This document shows positions 19,276-29,616 of a stretch of 64,000 nt of DNA, in pieces. Numbering within the stretch: the stretch's first letter is position 1; each line of letters opens with the position of its first letter. Position numbers and translations under genes: made by a program. The notes under the pieces are model-generated. The model searched no databases. It was given only the letters and a program-made list of their open reading frames with translations, and was not told the DNA's origin. The DNA is from an uncultured Gammaproteobacteria bacterium (GTDB taxonomy: Bacteria > Patescibacteriota > Microgenomatia > Levybacterales > UBA12049): assembly GCA_964571255.1 (NCBI GenBank), contig CAZNAA010000001.1, forward strand, positions 487,674 through 551,673, in the 5' to 3' direction.

Positions 19276-21525
19276 TTAAAAAAATGTATTATAAAATTCT
19301 ACTGTATGTTCACCCTGTGGAACAACTACTCCTCTAAAATGATAATTTGTTTTATATATCTTTGTATCCTTCCCGTCAATTTTCACTTTCCATGTGGGAT
19401 AGAAAGAATCAGTTAGAACCAAAAATCCTTCACTCGCCGTTTTTGTATTGAGTATTACTTGATCTGCTTTGTACGAGCTGATTTTTGCAATCCCAAATTG
19501 ATCATATGCCTTATTATCTTCAAGCTCCAGTGTTTTTTCAACAAATGATATCTCTTTCATATTTGAACCTGACTCAAACATTGATTCTAAAACAGCTTGT
19601 TTATTTTCTTTTTCTTCTAGTTTTCCGACAAAAAACGCTCGGGGGTAGGCTTTGAGATTTTCAAACACATGAATCTCTCCCTCTTGTAGAATCTTTTTTA
19701 GATACGGCTCTGTCTGATCTCTAAAGGAAAGCACATATTTAACTCCCAGTAAGTCATTTATTTTTGTATCGAATTGGTCAGGAGTTATGATTCGGGAAAA
19801 TCCCCAAGGAGTTGAAGTGTCAGGCTTTCGTCTTCCCATTGCAGCCATTAATTCTCCGTAGGTTCGAAGATATAAAGGATCATATCCATCAATTGATTGA
19901 ATATGATAAAACGCTGCAATATTCGGATGGAGGATTCGTTTATCTGTTTTTAATATTCTAAATTGTTCTGTTTCACTTTTTTTTGAAAGGAAAGAAAGAA
20001 TTTTTGTATTTGGATAATAAAACCGAGACTCAGTAAAGGGAGTATATTTTCTAGCAAAATAAACTAAGTCTCCAACAGTGAGCAAAACAATTAGTAACAG
20101 AAGAATCTTCTTGTTAAATTCTATGTTAAAAAGTTTATAGGTATATAACACATAGACACCAAATGTACATCCGAGTAAAAGAGTTGGAAGCATAAGATTT
20201 CTTTGAGTAATTGTCCAAGATTCTGGAGTAAATAATGAAGATCCTACTAAGTTTAATCCTATTACAAACGCACTCAAGATAAATCCTGCAGTGACAAGAA
20301 GAGGAAGATAAAACTTTTTTGGATCTTTAATAAATCTATCTAACCCCAGTGCTGCGAGAACAGCTAAAGAAAAATCAACAAGAATCATAAGTCTTGTTGG
20401 TTGAGTAGTTGATAAAAAAGGCACTCCTAATTTAAAGGGAAGTTTTCCAAAAATGGTTGGTAGCATAAGAAGAATAGCTATCCCAACAATAGCTGCAAAA
20501 AAGTATGTTTTCTTATCTCTTCTAAAAAAGGCTGCAAATAAAGCAGAAATAAAAGGAAGAATACCAATATATCCAATAAACTCTCCATAATTCCACACTC
20601 CCCAATAATTTTGTGTTGTAGGATTTCCAAAATAATCTGGAACTACAAATTGGACTATATGTTGAACAGGAAGAAACCACCCTTCATTATGCCAATCCAA
20701 ATCTACGCTTCGTGCAGATAGAGAGAGAAATTGAAATTGAACACTCATTATAGGAAGCAACACAAGAACAGCAGATAAAACAGGGAGAATAGCTCGTATG
20801 AGAGGTTTTATATCCTTTTTTAGATAGGATTTTAAAACTGTATAGAGTGAACTAAGACTTGCGATATAGAAAAAGGTCTGAAGATGTCCAGCTAAATAGG
20901 AAGATACTATCCCACCAAAAAGTCCCACCATCCACCATCTACTCTTTGAGACAAACAGCTTATCAATACAGAGAAGAATAAATGGCAACCATAGAGCTGT
21001 ATGAATAATGTTCCCCCACTCAAGCCAAGCTACAAAAAAACCAGAGAAAGAAAAAGCCATACTTCCCACTACGCATGCAATTGGATCTAGCTTTTGGTTT
21101 CGAAGATAGGCATACATGAATCCAAACGCTACTACTTGTTGAGTAAGAATATAAAGAGTCCATCCTGTTAAAAACGGAAATAGGAGAAGAAAAAGATTAC
21201 CAGGATAGAAAGGAGACGATTGAATATTTCCCAAGAGTGGATATCCTGCCATCATATAGGGATTCCACAGAGGAAGAGTAGTATTTCTAAACGACTCTAC
21301 CACTAATTTCTTCCAAGGAATCATTTGAACCACAGGATCTCCAAGAATCGAATTCTTAATGGGAACACCTCGATCAAACTCGCTTTTATAAAAATCTCTA
21401 TAGGGATGATATAACCCAACCAAAGCATCCAGTGGAACAGGAACCTTTCCTTTAAGGAGTGGAGAGTAAAAAAAGATACCACCTAAAAAGACAATACTAA
21501 CGGCAATACCTAAAAGTTTATTCAT
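19276..21525 (-). CDS. YfhO-like GT-C membrane glycosyltransferase
   Basis: 749 aa. N-terminal DPVVQMIPWKKLVVESFRNTTLPLWNPYMMAGYPLLGN motif shared with 22593..24905 and 32789..35206. About 13 TM segments plus a C-terminal beta-rich domain, as in YfhO proteins that use C55-P-sugars. Confidence 0.6.
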   Translation of the reverse strand: MNKLLGIAVSIVFLGGIFFYSPLLKGKVPVPLDALVGLYHPYRDFYKSEFDRGVPIKNSILGDPVVQMIPWKKLVVESFRNTTLPLWNPYMMAGYPLLGNIQSSPFYPGNLFLLLFPFLTGWTLYILTQQVVAFGFMYAYLRNQKLDPIACVVGSMAFSFSGFFVAWLEWGNIIHTALWLPFILLCIDKLFVSKSRWWMVGLFGGIVSSYLAGHLQTFFYIASLSSLYTVLKSYLKKDIKPLIRAILPVLSAVLVLLPIMSVQFQFLSLSARSVDLDWHNEGWFLPVQHIVQFVVPDYFGNPTTQNYWGVWNYGEFIGYIGILPFISALFAAFFRRDKKTYFFAAIVGIAILLMLPTIFGKLPFKLGVPFLSTTQPTRLMILVDFSLAVLAALGLDRFIKDPKKFYLPLLVTAGFILSAFVIGLNLVGSSLFTPESWTITQRNLMLPTLLLGCTFGVYVLYTYKLFNIEFNKKILLLLIVLLTVGDLVYFARKYTPFTESRFYYPNTKILSFLSKKSETEQFRILKTDKRILHPNIAAFYHIQSIDGYDPLYLRTYGELMAAMGRRKPDTSTPWGFSRIITPDQFDTKINDLLGVKYVLSFRDQTEPYLKKILQEGEIHVFENLKAYPRAFFVGKLEEKENKQAVLESMFESGSNMKEISFVEKTLELEDNKAYDQFGIAKISSYKADQVILNTKTASEGFLVLTDSFYPTWKVKIDGKDTKIYKTNYHFRGVVVPQGEHTVEFYNTFF

Positions 21526-22690
21526 AAAAGAGTTTTTTTACTTTTTCAAAAAAAGCAGCCTCTGAGAAATCCAGAGAGCGCTTAAGACCATTCTTCCTTA
21601 TCCTTTCCTCCGTTTCCTTCTCCTCAGTTACCTGTTGTGTGAAGGTGAATAGTTCTTCTTTATTTTTCCATAAAAATCCATCCTCTCCATGAGTAATGAT
21701 TTCAGGTATTCCTCCTGCATTAATAACAACAGGAACTGCTCCAGCACTCATTGCTTCAACTACTGAGATGCCGAAGTGTTCTGCTCTCTCAGGATGAAGA
21801 GATAAATCTTCCTGATACCCTGCAGCGTGCCAGTAAATTTTCGCCCGTTTATATAGCATTACCAACTCTTCATTGCTAAGATCACTCATTATCTGAATGT
21901 TATACTTCCCAATACTTTCTTTTAATTTCTGGACCTCTTCCTCATCTTCTTTTTTAAAACTTACTACTAGAACAAAATGATAGGTATTTCCTGTTTTATC
22001 TACATACTCTTTAAAAAATTCAATCATCTTTCCTAACTTTTTAAAATCATCTCCTTCTTTCAATTTGTTATATCTTCCGACTGTTAAAATCATATTTTCC
22101 TTTTTGTCTCCTTCTCCGATTATTTGTGAAGGTGGATACAAGACTACACAGGGCTTATGAAATACCCTTTCAACTGACTGTTTCGTATATTCAGAATTAC
22201 AGATGATGCTATGAATGAATGAAAGTTTTATTCTATCCATCACAGACAATGTATTAATCCAATTGATGGGATGCTGAATATGTAGATAGGTTTTTTTAGC
22301 AAGAGAGAGAGGAATACTCCCATCACTTAAATGAACAATGACATCATACTTTTTCGTTCCCTTGATACGAGTAAGAGTTGAGGTAGTGGATGAAAAAATG
22401 TTCGGAACAATCGTAATTTTATCTAGAGAGATAGAGAACCTTTGCTTTGCTTTTTCAAAAATCTCTTCATTATCCCAGAAAAAATCCACATCACTTTGTT
22501 CAGACAGGCAAGAAGCAAGAGAGAGCATATATTTTTCTCCTCCCCCCATTGCATCTAAATAAATGTCAGAAATTCCTATCTTCATATATCCATTATGGAA
22601 AAAGAGAGAGTGAAAACACAACTCTAGACTTTCCTTTAGGCACTTCAACTGCTCTAAACGCATAATCTGCTCGATAAATTTGAGTTTCAT
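21518..22690 (-). CDS. GT4 glycosyltransferase
   Basis: ISVVEAMSAGAVPVVINAGGIPEIITHGEDGFL (GT-B E-X7-E motif). Confidence 0.7.
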   Translation of the reverse strand: MKLKFIEQIMRLEQLKCLKESLELCFHSLFFHNGYMKIGISDIYLDAMGGGEKYMLSLASCLSEQSDVDFFWDNEEIFEKAKQRFSISLDKITIVPNIFSSTTSTLTRIKGTKKYDVIVHLSDGSIPLSLAKKTYLHIQHPINWINTLSVMDRIKLSFIHSIICNSEYTKQSVERVFHKPCVVLYPPSQIIGEGDKKENMILTVGRYNKLKEGDDFKKLGKMIEFFKEYVDKTGNTYHFVLVVSFKKEDEEEVQKLKESIGKYNIQIMSDLSNEELVMLYKRAKIYWHAAGYQEDLSLHPERAEHFGISVVEAMSAGAVPVVINAGGIPEIITHGEDGFLWKNKEELFTFTQQVTEEKETEERIRKNGLKRSLDFSEAAFFEKVKKLFYE

Positions 22691-24905
22691 TCCTGTTTAC
22701 ACTAGCCTTCCATGTAGGAAAGTGCGTATCAGAGAGAAAAAGAAGAGCAGGAGAGCTGGATTCTACTTCAATTACTACTGAATCAGATGTGGTTTCTGTA
22801 ATCCGAGCAGTACCCTCTACAACTTCACATAACTCTCCATAAACCTTCTTAGGAGTATTCTCGAGAAGTAATACCTCTTTATAATTAAAATTCGTTTGGA
22901 AAAATCGTGATAACATCTTTTTGTCCTCAGAAATTACCTCAACAGTACAAAACAACTTTGCTCTCTCCATCGTCTCTTTAGGACTAAACACTTGCACTCT
23001 GTCGTCTTCAAATACTACCTTAAATTCTTCAGGAGTTTCCCAGGTTGGAGCATATCCCCATGGTTTTCCAATATAAGACTTTGGTTGATAAATCATTGTT
23101 ACTCCAAGAAATGATAAAAGTTTTTCAGTATTTTTTGATTTTGGAGGGATAGTAATAACTGAGCGAAGTAAGCCAAAATCTGAATTTGGGTCTGATGCTC
23201 GAATAAACTCCCCATACCTCTCAATGTAGAGTGGATCATACCCTTCAAGAGAGGGAATATTATAGTAACTGTATATTTGATTTCCCATTGATCCATAAAT
23301 TCTCCCCGTCCCTATATTTTTTTGAATAGCACTAATAACAGGTGTTTGAGGATATACTTTTTCTCGAGGCTCAAAAGGAACCCATCTTTTTGCAAATAAT
23401 AAGCTTTCGAAAGAAATAAGAATAACTATTCCAAAAAGCGCTAGTTTTTTTACACTTTCTTTAGGAATAAAAAGATACGCACTAACACAACTAACTACCC
23501 CTATCAGGAATCCTAAGGGAATAACACTATTTCTCAAAGCAATCATTCCTTTATCAGAAGGAAGGATAAGAAAAGATATTCCAATGAGGAGTAAAAGACT
23601 TATAAGATACCCAATCGTAACCTGGACAAACTTTTTCTTATCCTGAATATTTTCTATTAGATACTTCACTCCAAATCCTCCTAGAATACAAACACAAAAG
23701 CTTGCTAGAACAATAACCCGGGTTGGATAACTTGTTGATAAAACAGGAATTTTAACCATTCCCATAAGAGTAAGAAGAGGAGTTTCTAGTGCAAAAAGTA
23801 GATTAATAAAGGTTGAGATGATAAAGAAACGGACAATTTTATCTTTTCGTTTAAAGTAGGTGAAGAGAGCAAAAAGGACTACATTTATTCCTATAAAACT
23901 AGCCCATTCAGCATAATGTCCTACCCAATCATTTCTTCTTGCTGGATTCCCAAAGAAATCAGGAAGGACACTGGTTAGAATATACCAATATGGAATCCCT
24001 CCGTCTTCTAGAAAGTCACTACTTCTGCTTGCTGTTGTATAGTGTAGAACAGAAGGAATAAGTTGAATGAAAGAAAGTCCCACACCTACTCCCAAGGCAA
24101 AAAGACGCTGTAAGAAAAGAAATTTTTCTTTATCAAGAGTGTAGAGAAAAACAACATACCAAAAAGAAAAGACCAATAGATAGATACTGATTTGGAAGTG
24201 TCCTGCAAGAAAAGAAAACAATACAGATCCGACAACTAGTAATGTCCACCAACTTATTTTTTTATTGATTTTGTCTAGTCCTAAAAGAACAAGGGGAAGA
24301 ACTGAGATAGCAAGACTCAAGGTTGTATACGGCATCCACGCAGTAATGAATCCGCAAAACATAAAAGATACACTGGAAACAACAGCAGGAACATGCGATT
24401 TCATTCTATGATATGCATACAGATACATTCCCATTCCAGCTATAAGTGGTTGAAGTAACACAGCCAAACTCCATGCATCTATAAATGGAAGAATAAAAAA
24501 GAGAAGATTAATTGGTGAAAAAATAGCAGGTTGATACGTACCAATATGGTAATTTCCTGCAAAACTATTTGGATTCCACAAAGGGAAATGACCAGATTTA
24601 TATGACTCAATCGTGAAATGTTTCCAAGGAAAGAGTTGATCAATGACATCTGGCATGGCATTGTTTTTCTCAGGTCCCTTATACTCATCGTATTCTATCC
24701 ATGGCGCAAACGAATTTACGAGTTGAGCTGATGGATAAGGAATCCCTCGCCCTAAGAAATAGGGTGAGGAAAAAAATATCCAAATCAGTATTATCCACCC
24801 GAGGGAGAATAAGTGGTACATGAGGTTATTTCTTTTGGTCATTCTGTAATTCCCATAATCTTGCGTAAGTAATAAACATACTATATGCCTGGAACAACCC
24901 TTCAA
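22593..24905 (-). CDS. YfhO-like GT-C membrane glycosyltransferase
   Basis: DVIDQLFPWKHFTIESYKSGHFPLWNPNSFAGN motif; 770 aa polytopic. The likely true start is an internal Met (about 24842), which reduces overlap with the upstream GT2. Confidence 0.6.
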   Translation of the reverse strand: MKGCSRHIVCLLLTQDYGNYRMTKRNNLMYHLFSLGWIILIWIFFSSPYFLGRGIPYPSAQLVNSFAPWIEYDEYKGPEKNNAMPDVIDQLFPWKHFTIESYKSGHFPLWNPNSFAGNYHIGTYQPAIFSPINLLFFILPFIDAWSLAVLLQPLIAGMGMYLYAYHRMKSHVPAVVSSVSFMFCGFITAWMPYTTLSLAISVLPLVLLGLDKINKKISWWTLLVVGSVLFSFLAGHFQISIYLLVFSFWYVVFLYTLDKEKFLFLQRLFALGVGVGLSFIQLIPSVLHYTTASRSSDFLEDGGIPYWYILTSVLPDFFGNPARRNDWVGHYAEWASFIGINVVLFALFTYFKRKDKIVRFFIISTFINLLFALETPLLTLMGMVKIPVLSTSYPTRVIVLASFCVCILGGFGVKYLIENIQDKKKFVQVTIGYLISLLLLIGISFLILPSDKGMIALRNSVIPLGFLIGVVSCVSAYLFIPKESVKKLALFGIVILISFESLLFAKRWVPFEPREKVYPQTPVISAIQKNIGTGRIYGSMGNQIYSYYNIPSLEGYDPLYIERYGEFIRASDPNSDFGLLRSVITIPPKSKNTEKLLSFLGVTMIYQPKSYIGKPWGYAPTWETPEEFKVVFEDDRVQVFSPKETMERAKLFCTVEVISEDKKMLSRFFQTNFNYKEVLLLENTPKKVYGELCEVVEGTARITETTSDSVVIEVESSSPALLFLSDTHFPTWKASVNRNETQIYRADYAFRAVEVPKGKSRVVFSLSLFP

Positions 24906-25572
24906 TAAGCCCTGCAGTCCCTACTTTATATCCTTTTTCTTTAATATAAGAAGTATAAAACCCAGTAAGCATTACTCGAGGAAATCTCCACCATGTCATT
25001 TGAGGGTGGTTATGTTCCAAACGAAGCTTTGCCTCAGTATCTGACCACTCAAGTGTTTTATTAAGCATCTGCTCTAAAGATCTATGAGTATAATGCTTTA
25101 GCTCACCTGTTAACTCTCCTACTTTCCCATTTACTTTTGAACTTTCATGTAGTGCTCCAAACCACTCTACTAAGTATCTTTTTTCAAATAATCGCTGGTG
25201 ATACTCAACGTTTTCCCATCTCACATTTCCAAATCGATAGTCACGTCTAGGAATTCTATAGGCAGCCTTGGGATCATTTTGAGTAGTTACTAACAAAATC
25301 TCTTCTTTTAACTGCTCACTTACTCTCTCATCTGCATCAATATATAAAATCCATGTTCCTTTTGCCTTGTCTCTCCCTAAATTCCTCCTCTTGGCAAAAT
25401 CTCTTCCTTTATCTGTATATACTTTCGCACCTAAACTTTCAGCAATCTCTCTGGTCCTGTCAGTAGATTCATTATCAATAACAACTATCTCGTCACAAAA
25501 AGAGAGACCATCGATACAATCAGCAATCAAGTTTTCTTCATTTTTGGCAATAATTACTGCTGAGAGATTCAT
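24826..25572 (-). CDS. GT2 glycosyltransferase
   Basis: LSAVIIAKNEENLI...VVIDNESTDRT...YIDADE. Confidence 0.8.
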   Translation of the reverse strand: MNLSAVIIAKNEENLIADCIDGLSFCDEIVVIDNESTDRTREIAESLGAKVYTDKGRDFAKRRNLGRDKAKGTWILYIDADERVSEQLKEEILLVTTQNDPKAAYRIPRRDYRFGNVRWENVEYHQRLFEKRYLVEWFGALHESSKVNGKVGELTGELKHYTHRSLEQMLNKTLEWSDTEAKLRLEHNHPQMTWWRFPRVMLTGFYTSYIKEKGYKVGTAGLIEGLFQAYSMFITYARLWELQNDQKK

Positions 25573-26486
25573 GGGTTATATGATCCTTTGTGAAACTTTC
25601 GCAGATAAAAGTCTGCTACTCCTTTTTTCTGCCACTCTCTTCCCGACCTAAGCTGTCTAATACTTTCACGCATTAAGGCGATTTTTGTTCGAAAGGATGC
25701 ATAAGAAAAGCCAAAGAGTAATCGATTACGAGTCGTATAATAGTCTTGAAGAGAAGAACCAGATCCTCCAGTTGAGCCTGCATTGGTATGCCAAATTACA
25801 CTTTGAGGAATATACCATACATCATATTGAGCCTTTTTCACTCTCATATTCAAATCCAAATCTTCTAGATAGAGAAAATACCGTTCATCAAATCCTCCTA
25901 CGTTTTCAAACACGTTAACTGGGATAAACATACAACACCCAGTGGCAAAATCAGTCTTCATAACTTTATCGTACTGTCCTGTATCTACCTCATCTACTCC
26001 TCTGTGAGAGGCGAATACATTCTTCCAATCCATCTTTCCTCCTGCATACCAAAATACTTTTCCTTGATCTGATTTTTTATATCTATTTTTATGAAACTCC
26101 GATCCTTTCGTAAAATAGATTTTAGGAACTAAGATTCCTACATTTTGTTTTTCCTGAGCAATCGTTACTAACTCCTTAAGAAAGGTAGGAGAAACGAGTG
26201 TATCGTTATTTAAAATGACGATATACTCAGCTTTATTTACTTCGGCATACGCTATTCCTTTATTGTGCCCTCCAGAGAATCCTGTATTCTCGGTATTTTG
26301 AATAACCGTTAATGAAAAGGTTTTATAGATATTCTCAATATGTAACTCTTCTTGAGGATAGTTATTGATGACTACTACCTCAACCATGCAATCATTCGGA
26401 ACTGTAATTTTTTCGAGTGAATCTAAACAAAGAAGTGTGTTTTTCTTTCCTTTATAATCAATAATAGAAATAATAATTTTTTTCAT
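25569..26486 (-). CDS. GT2 glycosyltransferase
   Basis: ISIIDYKGKKNT...VVVINNYPQE...ILNNDTLV...GGFDE. Confidence 0.75.
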   Translation of the reverse strand: MKKIIISIIDYKGKKNTLLCLDSLEKITVPNDCMVEVVVINNYPQEELHIENIYKTFSLTVIQNTENTGFSGGHNKGIAYAEVNKAEYIVILNNDTLVSPTFLKELVTIAQEKQNVGILVPKIYFTKGSEFHKNRYKKSDQGKVFWYAGGKMDWKNVFASHRGVDEVDTGQYDKVMKTDFATGCCMFIPVNVFENVGGFDERYFLYLEDLDLNMRVKKAQYDVWYIPQSVIWHTNAGSTGGSGSSLQDYYTTRNRLLFGFSYASFRTKIALMRESIRQLRSGREWQKKGVADFYLRKFHKGSYNP

Positions 26487-26489
26487 AAT

Positions 26490-27404
26490 TTATCTTTGAG
26501 ATAATTTCCTAAGTACTTTATATACATTTTTCTTTACCTGAGATGAGACTTGGGTCCCTTTTTCTGTATAAATCCAATAAGTTGCTTCTTTTATTAGTAG
26601 TTTAAAAAGAGAAATTACTTCTTCAAAAAATCCACTTACAGAAGGCGTGGGAAATCCTTGCTTCTCCCATACCTTTATAAACACAATAAATGTATAAAAT
26701 GCTTGAAGCAAACTGAGAACCAAACCGTGCATTCCATCTTTATATCCTCTTTGCGAAAAAAAAGTTTTGATAAAATCCCTTCCTGGCCAAAGAAGTGCAT
26801 TTCTCCAAGAAAATACTTCTCCATCGTCTACTTTTCGTTGTGCTTCGTTTTCTGTATAGATAAAAATCATTTTCTGAAGATATTGGTCAACAGAAGTATA
26901 ATTAATATGAAGGAGTGGGTGGGTAAGTTTTTCAGATTGTCCACTCAAAGTAAGCGGTTTATGCACAGTTGCTTTCTCAAATCTTCCTTTTCCTTTTCTA
27001 AAAAGACGAAGTTGATAGTCATCTGTCCATAAACCATGTTTTATTACTTTTCCAAAAATTATATTGTCCCGAGGTATCCAGTACCCTGTTACCTTTTCAT
27101 CATTTTTCTCAATAGTTTGTTCTATTTCTTTTTGTAACTCCTCACTTACTCTTTCATCTGCGTCTAAAGAAAGAATCCATTCCCCACTGGCTTTTTCAAA
27201 GCCTGTATTTTTTTGCAAATCAATTTTTTGTGGATCGTTAGGTTGAGTAAAAACTTTTGAAGTGTATTTTTTTGCAATTTCTTCTGTTTTATCTGTTGAT
27301 GAGTTATTAACAATAATAATCTCATCAGCAAATTTGACTGATTCTAAGCACTCCTTAAGGAGTTTCTCTTCATTGAATACTGATAAAACAACAGATAATT
27401 TCAT
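26490..27404 (-). CDS. GT2 glycosyltransferase
   Basis: LSVVLSVFNEEKLL...IIIVNNSSTDKT...LDADE. Confidence 0.8.
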   Translation of the reverse strand: MKLSVVLSVFNEEKLLKECLESVKFADEIIIVNNSSTDKTEEIAKKYTSKVFTQPNDPQKIDLQKNTGFEKASGEWILSLDADERVSEELQKEIEQTIEKNDEKVTGYWIPRDNIIFGKVIKHGLWTDDYQLRLFRKGKGRFEKATVHKPLTLSGQSEKLTHPLLHINYTSVDQYLQKMIFIYTENEAQRKVDDGEVFSWRNALLWPGRDFIKTFFSQRGYKDGMHGLVLSLLQAFYTFIVFIKVWEKQGFPTPSVSGFFEEVISLFKLLIKEATYWIYTEKGTQVSSQVKKNVYKVLRKLSQR

Positions 27405-27405
27405 T

Positions 27406-28866
27406 CTATTTCTTGAGATTTGTTAAAATAAGCTTAATATCACTAATAATAAAATCCCGAGCAAGCATATACATCATAGCAAAATAAATCAAAATACCTA
27501 AAAGAATAAGAGCCAGTAAATAGTAGAGGTTTAGCGCAATAAAGGGAGAAAGAACAAAAAGTACTACTCCCATTACGAAAGTTGCGATAGCTGGTGAAAA
27601 AAGCGCAGGTCCGATTGAGAAGGATATATATTTTTTGGTGATAAAAATGACTCCAACCACAGAAAGAGAAATAATAGCACTAGCAATAGAAACTCCTGTA
27701 AAACCAAATTGTTTTATCGCTAAAGGTGTAATCACCCAGGTAGCAATTGTCCAAAATACCATCAAGTAAAGCGTTACTTTCACTTTCCCAATTGCGTTTA
27801 GAGCATTTGTTAAAGGTGTAGAGACTGCAGAAAGTGCCGCATTAATAGCAAAAAAGACTAAGGAAAGAAGGGCCGGTTCCCATTTTTGGTATCTGGGGAT
27901 AAAAGCAATAAAATAAGGAGCTAGAATTGCCATCCCAGTAACTGAGGGGAAGATAAAGAATACACTTGCAAAAAGAGATTTTTCAATAGCTGTTCCAAGG
28001 GCTTCTTTATTATCTTTAATTCGAGAGAAAGAGGGAAACGTAATTCGAATAACATTATCCATAATCAGTCTCAGTGGAGTAAATGCCCATTTTTGAGCAA
28101 AGGTAATATATCCCAAATAACTTGGTGTTCCAGCAAAAATTCGACCCAAGTAGAGAGCCAAAAGATCATCTTTTAATAAAGCTAAAATACTATTTGATTG
28201 GAAAGGAATACCAAAGGATAAGAGTTTTTTAGCAGATAATTTTGAAAATCCAACCCCTATTTTCCACGGTGCGATGATATACAGTGTCACTACGCCTACT
28301 ACTCCTCTGGCTAAAACTGCGTAGGCATAACTACTCACTCCATACCCATTCATAGCAAGAGACAAAAGAGTTATGTTAAACGCACATGTTTCTAAAATTT
28401 GAGGCCAAATAAGTTTTTCGAAGTGAAGGGCTCTTTCTAAAATGACTGAAGGAATCGTTTTTAATGAAGAGAGGAAAAAAGCGATGACAAATGACTGAAA
28501 AAGAAATATTCCTGAATCATCAAAACCAAAATATGACTTGATCCATCCAGAAGAAATGAGAGCTCCAACAGTGATAAGTGTCACTAATCCCTGCTGGATA
28601 GTGAAGGTAGTTCGTAAATCCTCCTTGGTTAATTCTTCTTTTTTCTGAATAAGCGCAGCAGCTAAGCCAATATCTGAAAAATACGTAAGAAAAGAAATAG
28701 CAGCTGAAACAACATAGAAAACTCCAACCTCTCCTTCCTGAAGAAAAGCAAAGATTAAAGAAAACGTAACAAAGTTAAGAAGTTGAATGGTAAAGGTACG
28801 AGAAATAAGAGCAAATACTCCCTTAATTGAGCGCTGAGTTACTGTTGCGATGTCTAGTTCTTCCAT
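27406..28866 (-). CDS. Wzx-like flippase (MOP superfamily)
   Basis: 486 aa, 12-14 TM segments, polysaccharide-biosynthesis-protein topology. Confidence 0.6.
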   Translation of the reverse strand: MEELDIATVTQRSIKGVFALISRTFTIQLLNFVTFSLIFAFLQEGEVGVFYVVSAAISFLTYFSDIGLAAALIQKKEELTKEDLRTTFTIQQGLVTLITVGALISSGWIKSYFGFDDSGIFLFQSFVIAFFLSSLKTIPSVILERALHFEKLIWPQILETCAFNITLLSLAMNGYGVSSYAYAVLARGVVGVVTLYIIAPWKIGVGFSKLSAKKLLSFGIPFQSNSILALLKDDLLALYLGRIFAGTPSYLGYITFAQKWAFTPLRLIMDNVIRITFPSFSRIKDNKEALGTAIEKSLFASVFFIFPSVTGMAILAPYFIAFIPRYQKWEPALLSLVFFAINAALSAVSTPLTNALNAIGKVKVTLYLMVFWTIATWVITPLAIKQFGFTGVSIASAIISLSVVGVIFITKKYISFSIGPALFSPAIATFVMGVVLFVLSPFIALNLYYLLALILLGILIYFAMMYMLARDFIISDIKLILTNLKK

Positions 28867-28869
28867 ATG

Positions 28870-29616
28870 TTATGAAGTTACTGAAAGATTTCTCCATGGA
28901 CGGGTCCTGAAAAGACGTATCATCACTTTGATATCTCCAATAATTGTTGGAAGTAATTTTACTGTTGACCCTGGATCATCTACCCAGTGCACTGGTTCCT
29001 CATAAATCCTATATCCACTTTTCTCCCCAACAATAAGAAGCTCTCCATCAAAAAACCATCCATTATCTAAAATCTTGGGAATAAGATTTTGAATTACCTT
29101 TCTTGTAACTGCTTTAAACCCACATTGAGCATCAGTAAACGAAGTTCTGAAAAAAAGTTTAATAAAAAGAAAATTTAATCCACGGGAAGTTATCTCTCGA
29201 AGAAGCGTTCTTCTCTCAACTTTTGCTCCTCTTTTCAACCGAGAGCCAATTGCCATATCATATCCTTCATCTAGTGACTTGAATAGATTCACTAAGTGGA
29301 TAAGATCTGTTGAAAGATCTATATCCATATATGCACAATAATCTGCCTCACTTGCAGTCCACACTCGCTTTATTGCTCGCCCTCTTCCTTTTTGCTCTAA
29401 ACGATATAAACTAACCTCTGGATACAGTTTTGAAAGATTTTCTCCAATTACTGGCGTGTTATCACTTGAGGAGTTATCAGCAATAGTTATGTGCCAGTCA
29501 TATTGTGCTAAGTTTTTCTTACAAAAAAGAACTAGACGAGTAATACTCTCATCCAACGCTTTCTCTTCATTATAGACAGGCATGGTTATTTCAATTGTTT
29601 TTCTTTTTTCCGACAT
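28870..29616 (-). CDS. GT2 glycosyltransferase (Dpm1-like)
   Basis: ITMPVYNEEKAL...TIADNSSSDNT...MDIDLS. Confidence 0.8.
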   Translation of the reverse strand: MSEKRKTIEITMPVYNEEKALDESITRLVLFCKKNLAQYDWHITIADNSSSDNTPVIGENLSKLYPEVSLYRLEQKGRGRAIKRVWTASEADYCAYMDIDLSTDLIHLVNLFKSLDEGYDMAIGSRLKRGAKVERRTLLREITSRGLNFLFIKLFFRTSFTDAQCGFKAVTRKVIQNLIPKILDNGWFFDGELLIVGEKSGYRIYEEPVHWVDDPGSTVKLLPTIIGDIKVMIRLFRTRPWRNLSVTS